Below are positions 41,980 to 52,100 of a stretch of 64,000 nt of DNA, piece by piece. Under the pieces are notes generated by a model that saw only the letters and a program-made list of their open reading frames with translations, made no database searches and had not been told where the DNA came from. The translations under genes and the position numbers were made by a program. The stretch is from the NCBI GenBank assembly GCA_964019335.1, contig OZ025704.1, forward strand, positions 434,001 to 498,000, given 5' to 3'. The stretch is from Diplonema japonicum. Its lineage: Eukaryota; Protista; Euglenozoa: Diplonemea. Position 1 is the stretch's first letter, and each line of letters opens with the position of its first letter.

Positions 41980-43994
41980 ATGGACAGCAGCACAGTATAT
42001 CCGTGCAGCGTGTATGGCGCTGAGGAGCACCCTAAGTACCCTACGGAGGTGTGGCAGGCAGGCGAGTCGTCTACGTACATTGAATGTCTCTATGGGAGTC
42101 CTGAAACGAGCAATCCCCCCGCACAGCACGAAGAGGACGTTACTGCAGTTGAATATACTGAGAAGCCACAGGAGGAGCTAGCAGAAGGCAATACCACCCT
42201 GCCGCAGGTAAACACAGACAGCACTCCCATTGGTAGTGAAAGCGAAACAAGCCCTGGTCCGCATGAAGACAGGGCAGTCTCGGACAAGCATCTACGAGCA
42301 CCGGCCTTTAGTGTTACACAGTCTGTTGTTAGACCAAAGAGCACGAGATTCTCACTCGCTACAAAGTATGCCTTTTTATGACGCTATCACACTTAAGGTC
42401 GGCATTTGGTCTCCATCTGGGCCCGGGTGCAGTGACGATGGCGGGCTTCGGTGAGCGCAGCATGGCAGGGAAGTCGCGGGTGAACCTGAAGCAGACACGG
42501 CTGAACACGACGAATCGCCTGGGGCGGCTCGGGAAAAGCATGAATGCAGTCAGAAGGGAGGTCGTGGAGGAGACCTTGGAAGAGAAGTGCTGGGAGAGGT
42601 CGCCGCTGTTCAGGAAGTTGGCTGGGAACTTTAGGTCATTATACCAGATTGCAAAGACGGCAGGGACACCTCACTTGTTGTGCTTGCCTCCTGATAATTG
42701 GAGGAAGGAGGAAAACATCAGCTACCAGGATGTGCAGGCGCACCTGTTGATGCCCGAAGGCAGTGGAATATGGGGCAGCCTGCAGTATCACAGCCTGAGA
42801 AATGATGGGCTCAGCGTTGACATCAACGAGGTGTCCGAGGACCATATTGAGCTGAGAGTGAAGAAGCGGCCGCCACCGCTGTACGAATCGTGTGCCCCTG
42901 TCACGTCAGAGCACATAATCAAGGTCTCGTCGTGGGAGGCACTTGAGGACACGTCTGTCATAGTTTTGTGGTTAGACTCTCCCTTGTTGAAGGAGAAGGC
43001 AGTGAGGAGGAAACGCACGGGCTTTGATCTTGGTGCTTCGTGTAACGGGATGTCCCTAAATCTGCACAATCTGGGAGCATCCATGCTTGACATGACCACG
43101 AGAAGCAACCTCGGGGCTAGTGGAACACCAGATCACCCGGGCACAACAACGGAGTACCAGAAATACCTTTCACAGTTCGTGAAGCAGTACCCCGAGGTCA
43201 ATACGATCATCAACATGATGGATGAGGAGATCCTCATCACCAACACCCACTACTTCTTCCCCCCGGAGGACCTAAGCCACCTCACACCCGCTAAAACCTG
43301 TTACTTGTGTGAATCGTTCACGTCAGACGTTTTCAAGGCCATCGGGCTAGAACCTGAGTCGCCTCTGGAGGAGGTGAACACCAGCAACGTTGAAATTACA
43401 ATAGGTGCGAGGGAGAGTGACGCAGAGGAGGAGAAGAAGGAACAGATTGAGCAGAGTGTGCACACATATCTGATTGGCGGGATCCACCACAAGCTTTTCG
43501 GTAGGTGGGCGCAAATTTACAGAGAACAGGAAGAAGACTTCAAATTGTTGAGCAAAGAGCTTGTGGACTTGTCGTGGGTCGAGTGGCAGATACCTGTGGG
43601 GTTCCGTGGAGACCAGGAAAGAGCAGTTGAGATGCTGCGTGACTTGCAGACACTAAGCACGCCTTTAGAGATGGGTAAGTCTCTGGCGATTGTCACAGTT
43701 GCAATTCTCGAGGACAGCCCGTCGAACGAGGTTGCGGGTATGGACATCGCAAAGGAGGCAAGTGCAGACCTGTTGCTGCCTCTGTTGATGCGCACTATCG
43801 CGATCGCTGTTGCCGGCATCCCCGACATTGTCCCCTTCATCACCGCCCTAGCTTATGTACGTGACTTCGGGTGCCCTTCGATGGGCTTCTCGAATATTGC
43901 CTATGCATGTGCATCCTTTGAGGCAGCTGTGGAGTTCATCTCTTCTGGTGCGTGTCTTGACTTCGTCACCTCTGAAGAGATAGATATTAATTGA
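41980..43994 (+). CDS. VPS9-domain Rab GEF with a VARP/ANKRD27-like N-terminal domain and no ankyrin repeats (660 aa); exons 41980-42365, 42398-43994
   Basis: The intron 42366-42397 (gtatgc...acttaag) fuses the 186-aa and 538-aa ORFs in frame. VPS9 motifs are STPLEM, ASADLLLPLL, LAYVRDF and YACASFEAAVEFI. SPLFRKL...LLCLP...HLLMP resembles the VARP N-terminus. Confidence 0.85.
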
Positions 43995-44193
43995 AATTTT
44001 ATTCGTGTGTCATGTCCGCTCCACAGCTGCGAAGGGGCCTGCCTTTCATCAATGAAGAGCCGTGTGCCGTGTCAACGAAAGGCAATGCTCTTCACCGTGC
44101 CCCGTTATGGTTCGTTTAGTTACCTTTTTTTTTCCCATCCACTAATACTGAGTGTTTTTATCTACCTTTATTACCCGTTCTACTTCAACAGGT

Positions 44194-46233
44194 ATGCTTG
44201 CACTATGTAGCACTGCACACTCGCACACGGATGCACATGGTGGGACAAGGCTGGCACGTGTAGGGTTCTTCATGGATGCAACCGTTAGCCAGAAGACATC
44301 ATGTATTACTGACATAGCTGGCTTCTGCAAAGAGAAGCCACGGAGAGTGATTGCATTGTTGGTGATGTCTATCAAGGGGAAAACGCAACACGGGCAACGG
44401 GCACAGCTCTCAAAGTTCATTGAGATGTTTCCCCATCTAGACAAAGCGCTTGTGGCTCAGGAAGACGCAGAGGAGTTTCTTGTAGTGCTCTTCATCCTAC
44501 AGAACAGACGGTGGGGCCACACGAGCTTCCAGTCAGCCATTAACTGCCAGGTCAGCGACCTGGCCTTTACCTGCATCTGCAAGCTGCTGCTGTCTCCTCA
44601 TAGGTGGCGGTCCCTCTTCCTTGCAGCCCTCAAAAGCATCATGGCACAAGTTAACTGCAAGGATCGGTACCTCTACAGAGCGCAGGAGCCGCCGAAGCAG
44701 AAGTCGCAGGCTGCTGGTGCTGGTGAAGAATCTGAACCGTCATCTGAAGTCCCAGACGAGCATGAGGCCCACGAAGACTTCAATGACTTTGGTCTATCGG
44801 AAGCTGAGGAAGAGCTTAATTCCCTCTTGCGCGACGCGTCGAGTCCTGCACACCAAAACATGTCGCTGAACGGTGTGCCAGTAGACGACGTGGGATCGCT
44901 GTCCGAGGGAAACGTGAAGTACGTCATGTCCCTCTTCAGCAAGGCGGACGGAGATGTACTGCCCTTGTCGTCTGTTGGTGGGTCCGAAGAGCAGACTGAT
45001 CTTGTAACCGCAGAAGAGGCTCTACTCCGGTTGCATCCAGATGTTTCTCCAACGCTGATATCTGAAAGACTAGCTGGCAAGCCGTTGACGCACAGCAAGG
45101 ATAGGTGCAGCGGCCCCCCATCCAGTATACACACAGCCATTGTGCTGCTGAAGTCCCTCGACTTCGAGAGCGTAGGGTTGGTGACGCCGCAAGCTGTAGA
45201 GCTCAATGAGAACATGGTGTGTGGTGTGACCATGAACCTGCAGGAGGAGGCGAGCTATTACGATCTCTTAATTGGATGGTACCCCGAGGAGGAGGTGCTG
45301 CGTGCCTTAGAGGCTTTTAGCAATGAAGAAGAAGGGTGTCGTGCCATCAGAATAGAGCAGATGCAGGAGATGGAGAAGGAGCTGCTTGAAAAAGAACATG
45401 CCGCAGAGTTGAAAATATCCGAAGCTATGGACAAAGTGGAGAAGATTAAGGAGCTGATTCGGGCGGCAGAAGCAAGCTGTGCAGACGGAATCATAGCTCG
45501 GGAGAGACAGACAACACCTTCAGACACATCGGTGCGGGTCGAGGCCGTGGAGGCGTGCCCACAAGAGGAGTGCAACGTACCTGCAGTGCACAGCTGCGAC
45601 GAGATGAACAAGAACATTGTTGTTGGTGGGCTATCCTTTTCCAAGGACTCCCTCAGCATAGCGTGCTTCTTGGAAGATGAAACAACTAGAGCCGCAGCAA
45701 CCAGATTGCTGGAATGCCTCGATGCTTCAGGCGTTAATGCTAATTTCTTCACACCCATGGCGTACATGTACCTGCCATTTCAGATCAGTGCGCGCTGCAA
45801 GGTTCACAGGGATTTCACGTGTTGCCCACCGCGGCCGAGGGGGGACCTGTCGACGGAGGTGCACTTCAAAACGAGTATCAGGATACGAAGCGAGGTGAAA
45901 TACAGATTCCACTTCGAGGGATTCAACTGGGGCATGAACCAGCCTATATCGACTGTTGTGGTAGGTGCTGCGGGGCTGCAGTGGGACCGGCTTAATGACA
46001 TGGCGTACTTTGGGTGGCCAGAAGGTTGGGACAATGGAACAAGTGCGTGCTACAGCAAAGGGATTGAGGGTGTGACGCAGTATTTCTCAACTGATGGGTG
46101 CGTCACATTTGTCTTCCATGCACGAACGTTCTTGAACGTCGGGATAGGCGCCTCCGCATGGCTGGTGACACACGACTACGGGGCTGACCACCAGCTTACA
46201 GCCACATGGCATCACACATCTGAAAGGTTGTAG
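44194..46233 (+). CDS. Hypothetical protein with a coiled coil and a beta-rich C-terminal domain (679 aa)
   Basis: Acceptor caacag at 44191. Long ORF ending in VHFKTSI...YRFHFEGFNWG...YFSTDGCVTF. Confidence 0.8.
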   Translation: MLALCSTAHSHTDAHGGTRLARVGFFMDATVSQKTSCITDIAGFCKEKPRRVIALLVMSIKGKTQHGQRAQLSKFIEMFPHLDKALVAQEDAEEFLVVLFILQNRRWGHTSFQSAINCQVSDLAFTCICKLLLSPHRWRSLFLAALKSIMAQVNCKDRYLYRAQEPPKQKSQAAGAGEESEPSSEVPDEHEAHEDFNDFGLSEAEEELNSLLRDASSPAHQNMSLNGVPVDDVGSLSEGNVKYVMSLFSKADGDVLPLSSVGGSEEQTDLVTAEEALLRLHPDVSPTLISERLAGKPLTHSKDRCSGPPSSIHTAIVLLKSLDFESVGLVTPQAVELNENMVCGVTMNLQEEASYYDLLIGWYPEEEVLRALEAFSNEEEGCRAIRIEQMQEMEKELLEKEHAAELKISEAMDKVEKIKELIRAAEASCADGIIARERQTTPSDTSVRVEAVEACPQEECNVPAVHSCDEMNKNIVVGGLSFSKDSLSIACFLEDETTRAAATRLLECLDASGVNANFFTPMAYMYLPFQISARCKVHRDFTCCPPRPRGDLSTEVHFKTSIRIRSEVKYRFHFEGFNWGMNQPISTVVVGAAGLQWDRLNDMAYFGWPEGWDNGTSACYSKGIEGVTQYFSTDGCVTFVFHARTFLNVGIGASAWLVTHDYGADHQLTATWHHTSERL

Positions 46234-46297
46234 ATAGTTATTCCTCGTTAATTTATGCACATTAACACATATACTACACTCTAATACCGCTGCAGCA

Positions 46298-46883
46298 ATG
46301 GCAGATAAGAATGATGTGGAGGCTGAGATGACGGTGCGGCCGATGCCGCAGCCGAGGCACAAGGCCTCGGAGAGGACGGCGCCTGGTATTCAGTATGTCA
46401 GCACTGCTGTCAACACACAAAACAGATATCGAAAGAGCGTAATGGCACGAAGGGCGCTTCGTGTGGGGGGCTTTGGAGTCCTACTGGGTTTGGCGTGGTG
46501 GAAGATACCGGGAGAACCTGAGAAGCGGCAGCTGATAAAGGACTCCATTAATGAATACATTGAGGAGAAGGTATGAAGGGGTCCTCAACAACACCATACA
46601 GCACGACATGCGAGGCATTGTGGACCTTGAGATATACGAGGAGCTGGAGACAATCGGAAAGCTGCAGCGCAGGAAGAGGTGGATGGGCCAGCCGATCCCT
46701 GTAATCAACGACGCGGCGCGTGAGTTGGGTTTCGACGTTCACAGATACCCATGGAACTATGACAGAAAACCGCCTCCCAACCCCTGGTACTCCCCGACCA
46801 CCGTGTGGTACAAATTCAATCGACAATTTTACTACACCCCAGAGGAGATAGCAGAGATAGACAGACTGTATTCGGACATCTAG
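46298..46883 (+). CDS. Small single-pass membrane protein (173 aa), function unknown; exons 46298-46392, 46426-46570, 46602-46883
   Basis: Introns 46393-46425 (33 nt, in frame) and 46571-46601 (31 nt) join the 92-aa and 110-aa ORFs. The TM segment is ALRVGGFGVLLGLAWW. Confidence 0.8.
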
Positions 46884-46946
46884 TGTTTTAAGTTCCTTTC
46901 TGTAGTTTTTTTCGTTGCTTCCCTTTTTGAACTTCACAGAAATAAC

Positions 46947-49160
46947 ATGTCTCTCGCAGACGAGGTCAACAAGCTTAAAGCGCTGCTCGACGATGGCATC
47001 CTCAACCTTGCACAGTTTGAAGACGCGAAGAATGCAGTTATAAAGAGTTTTGCGTCACCTCCTTCTGTTGAGGAACCCAGACACGCGGCAGACGAATACG
47101 TCATTCATCTATTCTGGGACGTGTCCAATTGTCCAATGAGTGAGTGCGACAAGATTGCACCTATTTTACATGAGATTAAACATAACCTGAAAAAGAAGTT
47201 TTCAAAAGAGTGTCACGGGTGGGACCCTTTCGCATCGGTCACAAGAGGGCAGTTCTACTTGAACGCCAAGGTGAGCCACGGCCTGATGAGCTCTCAAATC
47301 GACGACCTGCGTGACGTGGGTCTCACACATGTGGATCCTGGCGAGAAGCGCGGGGGTGATGACCACAAGATGATCAGCGATATCACGCAGCTTGCGACAG
47401 ACCCTACCATAGATTCCTCGAAGGTGGTGGTGGTGGTTATTACAGGCGACAGGGACTTCAGTGCCTCCCTCAGAACCCTCAAAAGCAACGGATTTGCAAA
47501 GACACTGCTCATCCATAACGGGAGCGCACGCAAAGCATTTCTCAGCAATGCGATGTTCGCGCTTGATTGGAACTACATCCGCAGTGCCGCTATCGAAGCG
47601 AAGCTATCAATCAATGGAAACGGAGGCAGCAGCCGTACATATACTGGCCTGTACCGCCCTAGCGAGCAGAGATGCTCATCGAAGCACAGGAAGAGATCAG
47701 CTTCACCCGCAGTAAGAGCAATTTCGAGACACGAGTCTCCAGATTCTGCTGTACCTATCGTAACAGGAATTTTGAAACGTGGAGTGCCCCATACGCCCTT
47801 AACCCCTGTTACAGGTTCACGGCCCGGCACACCGAGGACGTTCGGAACACCTGGTACAACACCCCCCAGAACACCACCAAGATCCCCTACATCAAGGGAC
47901 AGCTTCGGCAGCAAGGGCCAGGCAGCACTTGAGATGTTGAAGCAGGCAAGCGTGAAATCAAGCAGAAACGCATCAGAGTACCCGCTGTTCTCGTGGTTGA
48001 GCACTGGGGAGGGAATCGGTGTGGAGAAAGCGGCCGAGACGATGGTGATACTGCATAAGTCGGTACTCGACACATGCGGCAGCATCGACCACGGGGATTC
48101 CGGTGCGATGACTATTGGGAACAAGACAAGCGCGGCCTTTGCTTACAATTACTTCATCATGGTGAACATCGAGCCATTGATCTACACCATTGGAATGGGA
48201 CTGCCGAGTTACAAGGTAGCAAACCTGATGAGCGATTTATTTGTTGCTCATGACAAAGTAGTGGAGCAGCTCGCGAAGTGCGATGTGTCGAGGGTAGTCT
48301 GCCCGTTTCCATTCAGCATGAAGCACGACCGCGACTTGGACACCATCTCACCGGAAGTACGAAGTAGGTGTATCATGGTTCGTAGTGCCGCATTCGCCTC
48401 AGCCTCTGGTCTGACGAGGGAGCTCCTCACCCGCCATGGTTTGGGTGAGATCAGCACGCTTCCCATTGATGAGCCGGAGGAGTTCAGAGTTCAAGTTGTA
48501 GTGAGAGAGGTGTTGAAGCTCTGCACCACGCATCCTGAGACTATCAAGAACTTTGCAGCATCACTGATGACTGTCTCAAGGCAGTACGGTCCCTCCCAGG
48601 TACTCGAGGCCGTTGCTGACGTTAATGATTTTAACTGTTTTGCCGTGGCTGGTCTCCTGTCCCACGGGTACCCTGTCCTAGGCACTGAACAGGGTTCACT
48701 GATGCTAACAATAAAGGTGCTCGAGGGCTGCTCATCAGATTCTTCGAAGAAGGTGTCTGCCTGTCTGCAGCTACTGGACTCTGTTGGGGAGCGCTTGGAC
48801 GAATCAGTTGAGGGCATCATTGCTGTCGATGGTGCGCTTGATGCCCTGCTTGAAAAGAGCTTCATGAACAAGCTGACCCATTCGCAGCAGTGGCTAATGG
48901 CGAGGATCCGTAAGCTCAGGAGCAACGGATGGAGAGAAAAGGGGGGCGAGGTGCTAAATAAGGTTTCAGCACCGAAGCTGAAGAGTGAAATTAAGGATTT
49001 ATTTCACAATTTTAAGAGACAAGACCTTCTCAAGAAGCTTGTGCGGGAGCAATACAAGGAATGTCTGGTTAACAGCAAACTCCAATACAACAAACTAACC
49101 TATGGCAGGGCACATGCACTCCTCCGTGAGTTGAAGAAGCTGCAGTATTCTGATAAATAA
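46947..49160 (+). CDS. SHOCT - NYN (PIN-like) ribonuclease - MIF4G-like fusion protein (737 aa)
   Basis: SHOCT: LADEVNKLKALLDDGILNLAQFEDAKNAVI. NYN: LFWDVSNCP, DHKMI, VVVITGDRDFS...LLIH. MIF4G-like end: CLQLLDSVGERLD...WLMARIRKLRSNGW. Confidence 0.8.
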   Translation: MSLADEVNKLKALLDDGILNLAQFEDAKNAVIKSFASPPSVEEPRHAADEYVIHLFWDVSNCPMSECDKIAPILHEIKHNLKKKFSKECHGWDPFASVTRGQFYLNAKVSHGLMSSQIDDLRDVGLTHVDPGEKRGGDDHKMISDITQLATDPTIDSSKVVVVVITGDRDFSASLRTLKSNGFAKTLLIHNGSARKAFLSNAMFALDWNYIRSAAIEAKLSINGNGGSSRTYTGLYRPSEQRCSSKHRKRSASPAVRAISRHESPDSAVPIVTGILKRGVPHTPLTPVTGSRPGTPRTFGTPGTTPPRTPPRSPTSRDSFGSKGQAALEMLKQASVKSSRNASEYPLFSWLSTGEGIGVEKAAETMVILHKSVLDTCGSIDHGDSGAMTIGNKTSAAFAYNYFIMVNIEPLIYTIGMGLPSYKVANLMSDLFVAHDKVVEQLAKCDVSRVVCPFPFSMKHDRDLDTISPEVRSRCIMVRSAAFASASGLTRELLTRHGLGEISTLPIDEPEEFRVQVVVREVLKLCTTHPETIKNFAASLMTVSRQYGPSQVLEAVADVNDFNCFAVAGLLSHGYPVLGTEQGSLMLTIKVLEGCSSDSSKKVSACLQLLDSVGERLDESVEGIIAVDGALDALLEKSFMNKLTHSQQWLMARIRKLRSNGWREKGGEVLNKVSAPKLKSEIKDLFHNFKRQDLLKKLVREQYKECLVNSKLQYNKLTYGRAHALLRELKKLQYSDK

Positions 49161-49503
49161 ACCTCTGTTTCTTTCGCTCTCGGGACACAGTTCCTTCTTC
49201 GCCTGCAGCGACGTAGCCCGGCGATTCCCTCAATGGCTTGTGCCGTAGAAGTGGTTGCTTTCTTCTGAATCTTAGAAGTATCCTTTCGATACTAAAGTAT
49301 AAAAGCTTCCAAAATGTCAAGTGCTGCACCACCCAGACTCCTACTAACCTGGTCTGGTCGCGTGGGTGATTGGATTTGACTAATTTATATTGTTCCTTTG
49401 TTATGGTTTATTCATTCGTGCAGAGCGCCAACACCGGCCTTCATCTCATAATTATTCTATGGTTTCCATTTATTATATCATTGTCTAGTTAGGTAGGTGG
49501 AAG

Positions 49504-52020
49504 ATGGCGGTGGCAGGTCGCCAAGACTTCGTCCCCTTGTGGATAGAAGGAGTGTTGTCCAGCGACTACGAGGTAAGCACACTGCCCTTAATGTTTGCTT
49601 GTGAGAGTGACTTTGATGCATATTACACCACACTTTGCGAGAGATATCCGAGGAAAAGCAAAGAGATGAGAGACATGATGAGGTACAGCCGATCAGCTCG
49701 AGAGCTGAAGGTGAAGGGGAAGTGGCAGGAGAGCCTTGAAGCCATGAATGAGTCTCTCAACTTGCGGAAGAAAGTATTTGAGAACGAGGACTATCAGCTA
49801 GTGGCAGCACAGCAGCACTATTGTCTGACTGCTGTGCATTACGCATCGCAAGCACTTGTTCAGCAGCAGGGTACAACGTCATACGAGCTGTTCAAAGAGG
49901 CGAAGGAGGCTGTGGAGGCAAACTTGCCCACAATGGAGAGGCCCTTCTTTGAGGTAATGCTGTATAGCAATTGGGCAAACTACTGGAACCGCCGCGGCAG
50001 GCCATCGTCGACATGCCAGTCGTGCGGGTCGGCTTTGAAGCGCTGGAGGAAGCTCATCCAAGTGTTGCCTCCGTCGTGCAGCGAAGCGCCAGACTTCAAG
50101 CTCTTCACCTCCTTTTTATTACTGCGGTACGGAGCCAGCCAACTACTGTGCTGCAAGTATGGTGCAGCCCAGGCGTCGCTTGTAGAGGGGCTCAACTGCA
50201 TGACGCAGCTCGCACCCCCAGTCCAAATACCTGCAGGTGCCATCAACGCTACCGGGCTGAGCTTTAGCGACGCTCCCAAGATCTATCTCCCTGTGGAGAA
50301 GATTAACATGTGCGTGACGTCGGCCTACTCGCATTACGACACGCCGTGGCCGCTGCTTCCGTCGCTGCGAACTGTCGGATTGTACAACCTGAGCTATGCA
50401 AACATCTACCTGTTGCGCTTCAGTGCCGCTACAGAGAATCTTGAGAAATGCGCAAAGCAGTTTGAAAGAAGCTTGCGTATGTATAAGAAAGAAGGGAATG
50501 AGCACTGGTGGAACGAAGTACAACTGGCCTTTAAGCATTGCTCCACGGTGTTGAGCTCTGGTAAAAAGATACGAGTCGACCACTGGAACAGCCATCACAG
50601 AGGGCTACAGACTATCTTCATGCAGGACCACCAGCGGGGCGTAAGCAAAGCTAACAGCCACATTGACGAAGAACAGAAAGACGAAAGCACGGAGGTGTGG
50701 GAGAAGCTGGTACCCTGTTTGAAGAAGAAGATGACTTTCAAGCACGCAATGAAAACAATGGATGGCATGGCTGTCAAAATGAAGCAGGATCCGCAGATCA
50801 TATCACTGGCAAACAAGATTAAGGAGAAGCAAGATTTAACAAAAGTAAAAAAGCGGGTGAAAGAAGCACAAGAAAGTGAAGGGGTACAGGGACAGGGACT
50901 ATGGAATAGCAAATTCACATTGCACAGTAGTAATAAAAGGTATATTGCAACCTTTCCGAACACGACGCAGCAGAGGACAGTTGTGAAGAAGACACGTTCG
51001 CATGCTACCAGCCCTGTTCACGAGGAGGTTGCAGAAGAGAAAGAGAAAGAGCTGTCGCCACGTCAGATCTTGAAAGATTCGTTGTTTGAACTCTACTGCC
51101 CCTCGCAGGAGGTGGCAGAGGACCCTGCTTATGAAGCCGCAAAGATGAGGCTATCAGGAATCTCGCAAAGAGAGCATGTCCTGACGGAATACGCGTCTTC
51201 ACTTGAGCGGGAGCTCAGTAGAGTGGCCAAGCAGAAGGATGATGTTGCATCTACTCGAAAGAAGCTGGAGCTAATTTGTGAGAAAGGACCTGTGAAGCCA
51301 GAGAAAAAGCCACCGCAGATTGAGGAACCAAAAGAGGTGGACGTGGCACCTAAAGAGATACCGGCATACTGTGACACTGCAGCACAAAAAGCACCCCCCG
51401 TGTTGGACAATCTCAATAAGATCACGAACAGATTCATGCACGGGTTTGGTAAGGCGAAGACACCTGAGCCTGCTATGGACAACACAAGTGAGGGTAGCGA
51501 TGAGAGCTTCTGTGACAAGCTGAGCAGCGTCTACGGGCGCAGACAGAAGATGTGCAGATCAACATCTCCGAAGTCTGATGCATTCAAGAGACCAAAGAGC
51601 TTTGTGAACAGCAGGTCAGCTGGTGAGAGGCAGCAACGGCTGCGCACCCTCTTGCCCCATCTGGACCAGCATGGCGAAATGTATAGAATGGTCACAAAGG
51701 AGCTGGCATCCAACCAGCAGGTGCTGACATGTCGGGCAAAGGAAAGACGCCTGCAACGAATGGTCGAGGTTGCGAAGAAAGGCAGGATTGCACTGCACAT
51801 CGGAAGCGACGTCAAGAAGAACATTATTGCTGATAGAGAAGCCCTCAGGAACGCAAGGTGGGTGTTCTCCGCAACGTTAGCAGTTGCAGCCACACTGGAC
51901 AGCGCTAGCATGCTCAGCACCCAGGAGACTGCTACTCTGGGCGATACTGCCACTGAGCTGGGTTGTGGTGATGAAACACCTGTTTTACACGAGGACGCTG
52001 TTCCTGTTCCTCCCGTTTGA
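49504..52020 (+). CDS. Hypothetical protein with N-terminal TPR-like helices and a charged C-terminal region (838 aa)
   Basis: Long ORF with TPR-like segments GKWQESLEAMNESLNLRKK and LYNLSYANIYLLRFSAATENLEKC. Confidence 0.75.
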   Translation: MAVAGRQDFVPLWIEGVLSSDYEVSTLPLMFACESDFDAYYTTLCERYPRKSKEMRDMMRYSRSARELKVKGKWQESLEAMNESLNLRKKVFENEDYQLVAAQQHYCLTAVHYASQALVQQQGTTSYELFKEAKEAVEANLPTMERPFFEVMLYSNWANYWNRRGRPSSTCQSCGSALKRWRKLIQVLPPSCSEAPDFKLFTSFLLLRYGASQLLCCKYGAAQASLVEGLNCMTQLAPPVQIPAGAINATGLSFSDAPKIYLPVEKINMCVTSAYSHYDTPWPLLPSLRTVGLYNLSYANIYLLRFSAATENLEKCAKQFERSLRMYKKEGNEHWWNEVQLAFKHCSTVLSSGKKIRVDHWNSHHRGLQTIFMQDHQRGVSKANSHIDEEQKDESTEVWEKLVPCLKKKMTFKHAMKTMDGMAVKMKQDPQIISLANKIKEKQDLTKVKKRVKEAQESEGVQGQGLWNSKFTLHSSNKRYIATFPNTTQQRTVVKKTRSHATSPVHEEVAEEKEKELSPRQILKDSLFELYCPSQEVAEDPAYEAAKMRLSGISQREHVLTEYASSLERELSRVAKQKDDVASTRKKLELICEKGPVKPEKKPPQIEEPKEVDVAPKEIPAYCDTAAQKAPPVLDNLNKITNRFMHGFGKAKTPEPAMDNTSEGSDESFCDKLSSVYGRRQKMCRSTSPKSDAFKRPKSFVNSRSAGERQQRLRTLLPHLDQHGEMYRMVTKELASNQQVLTCRAKERRLQRMVEVAKKGRIALHIGSDVKKNIIADREALRNARWVFSATLAVAATLDSASMLSTQETATLGDTATELGCGDETPVLHEDAVPVPPV

Positions 52021-52100
52021 ACCGTTTCCACGGTTCACTGTATCGTCTTAACTTTTAGTAAATGAATGTGGTCCTGTAGCACACTCACGACAGGTCAACA

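Noticed and set aside
50940-50980. Possible intron gtatat...cag inside the 838-aa ORF (similarly 53032-53063)
   Set aside because: The available acceptors give non-3n lengths that would break long intact frames, and the second lies within ankyrin repeats.
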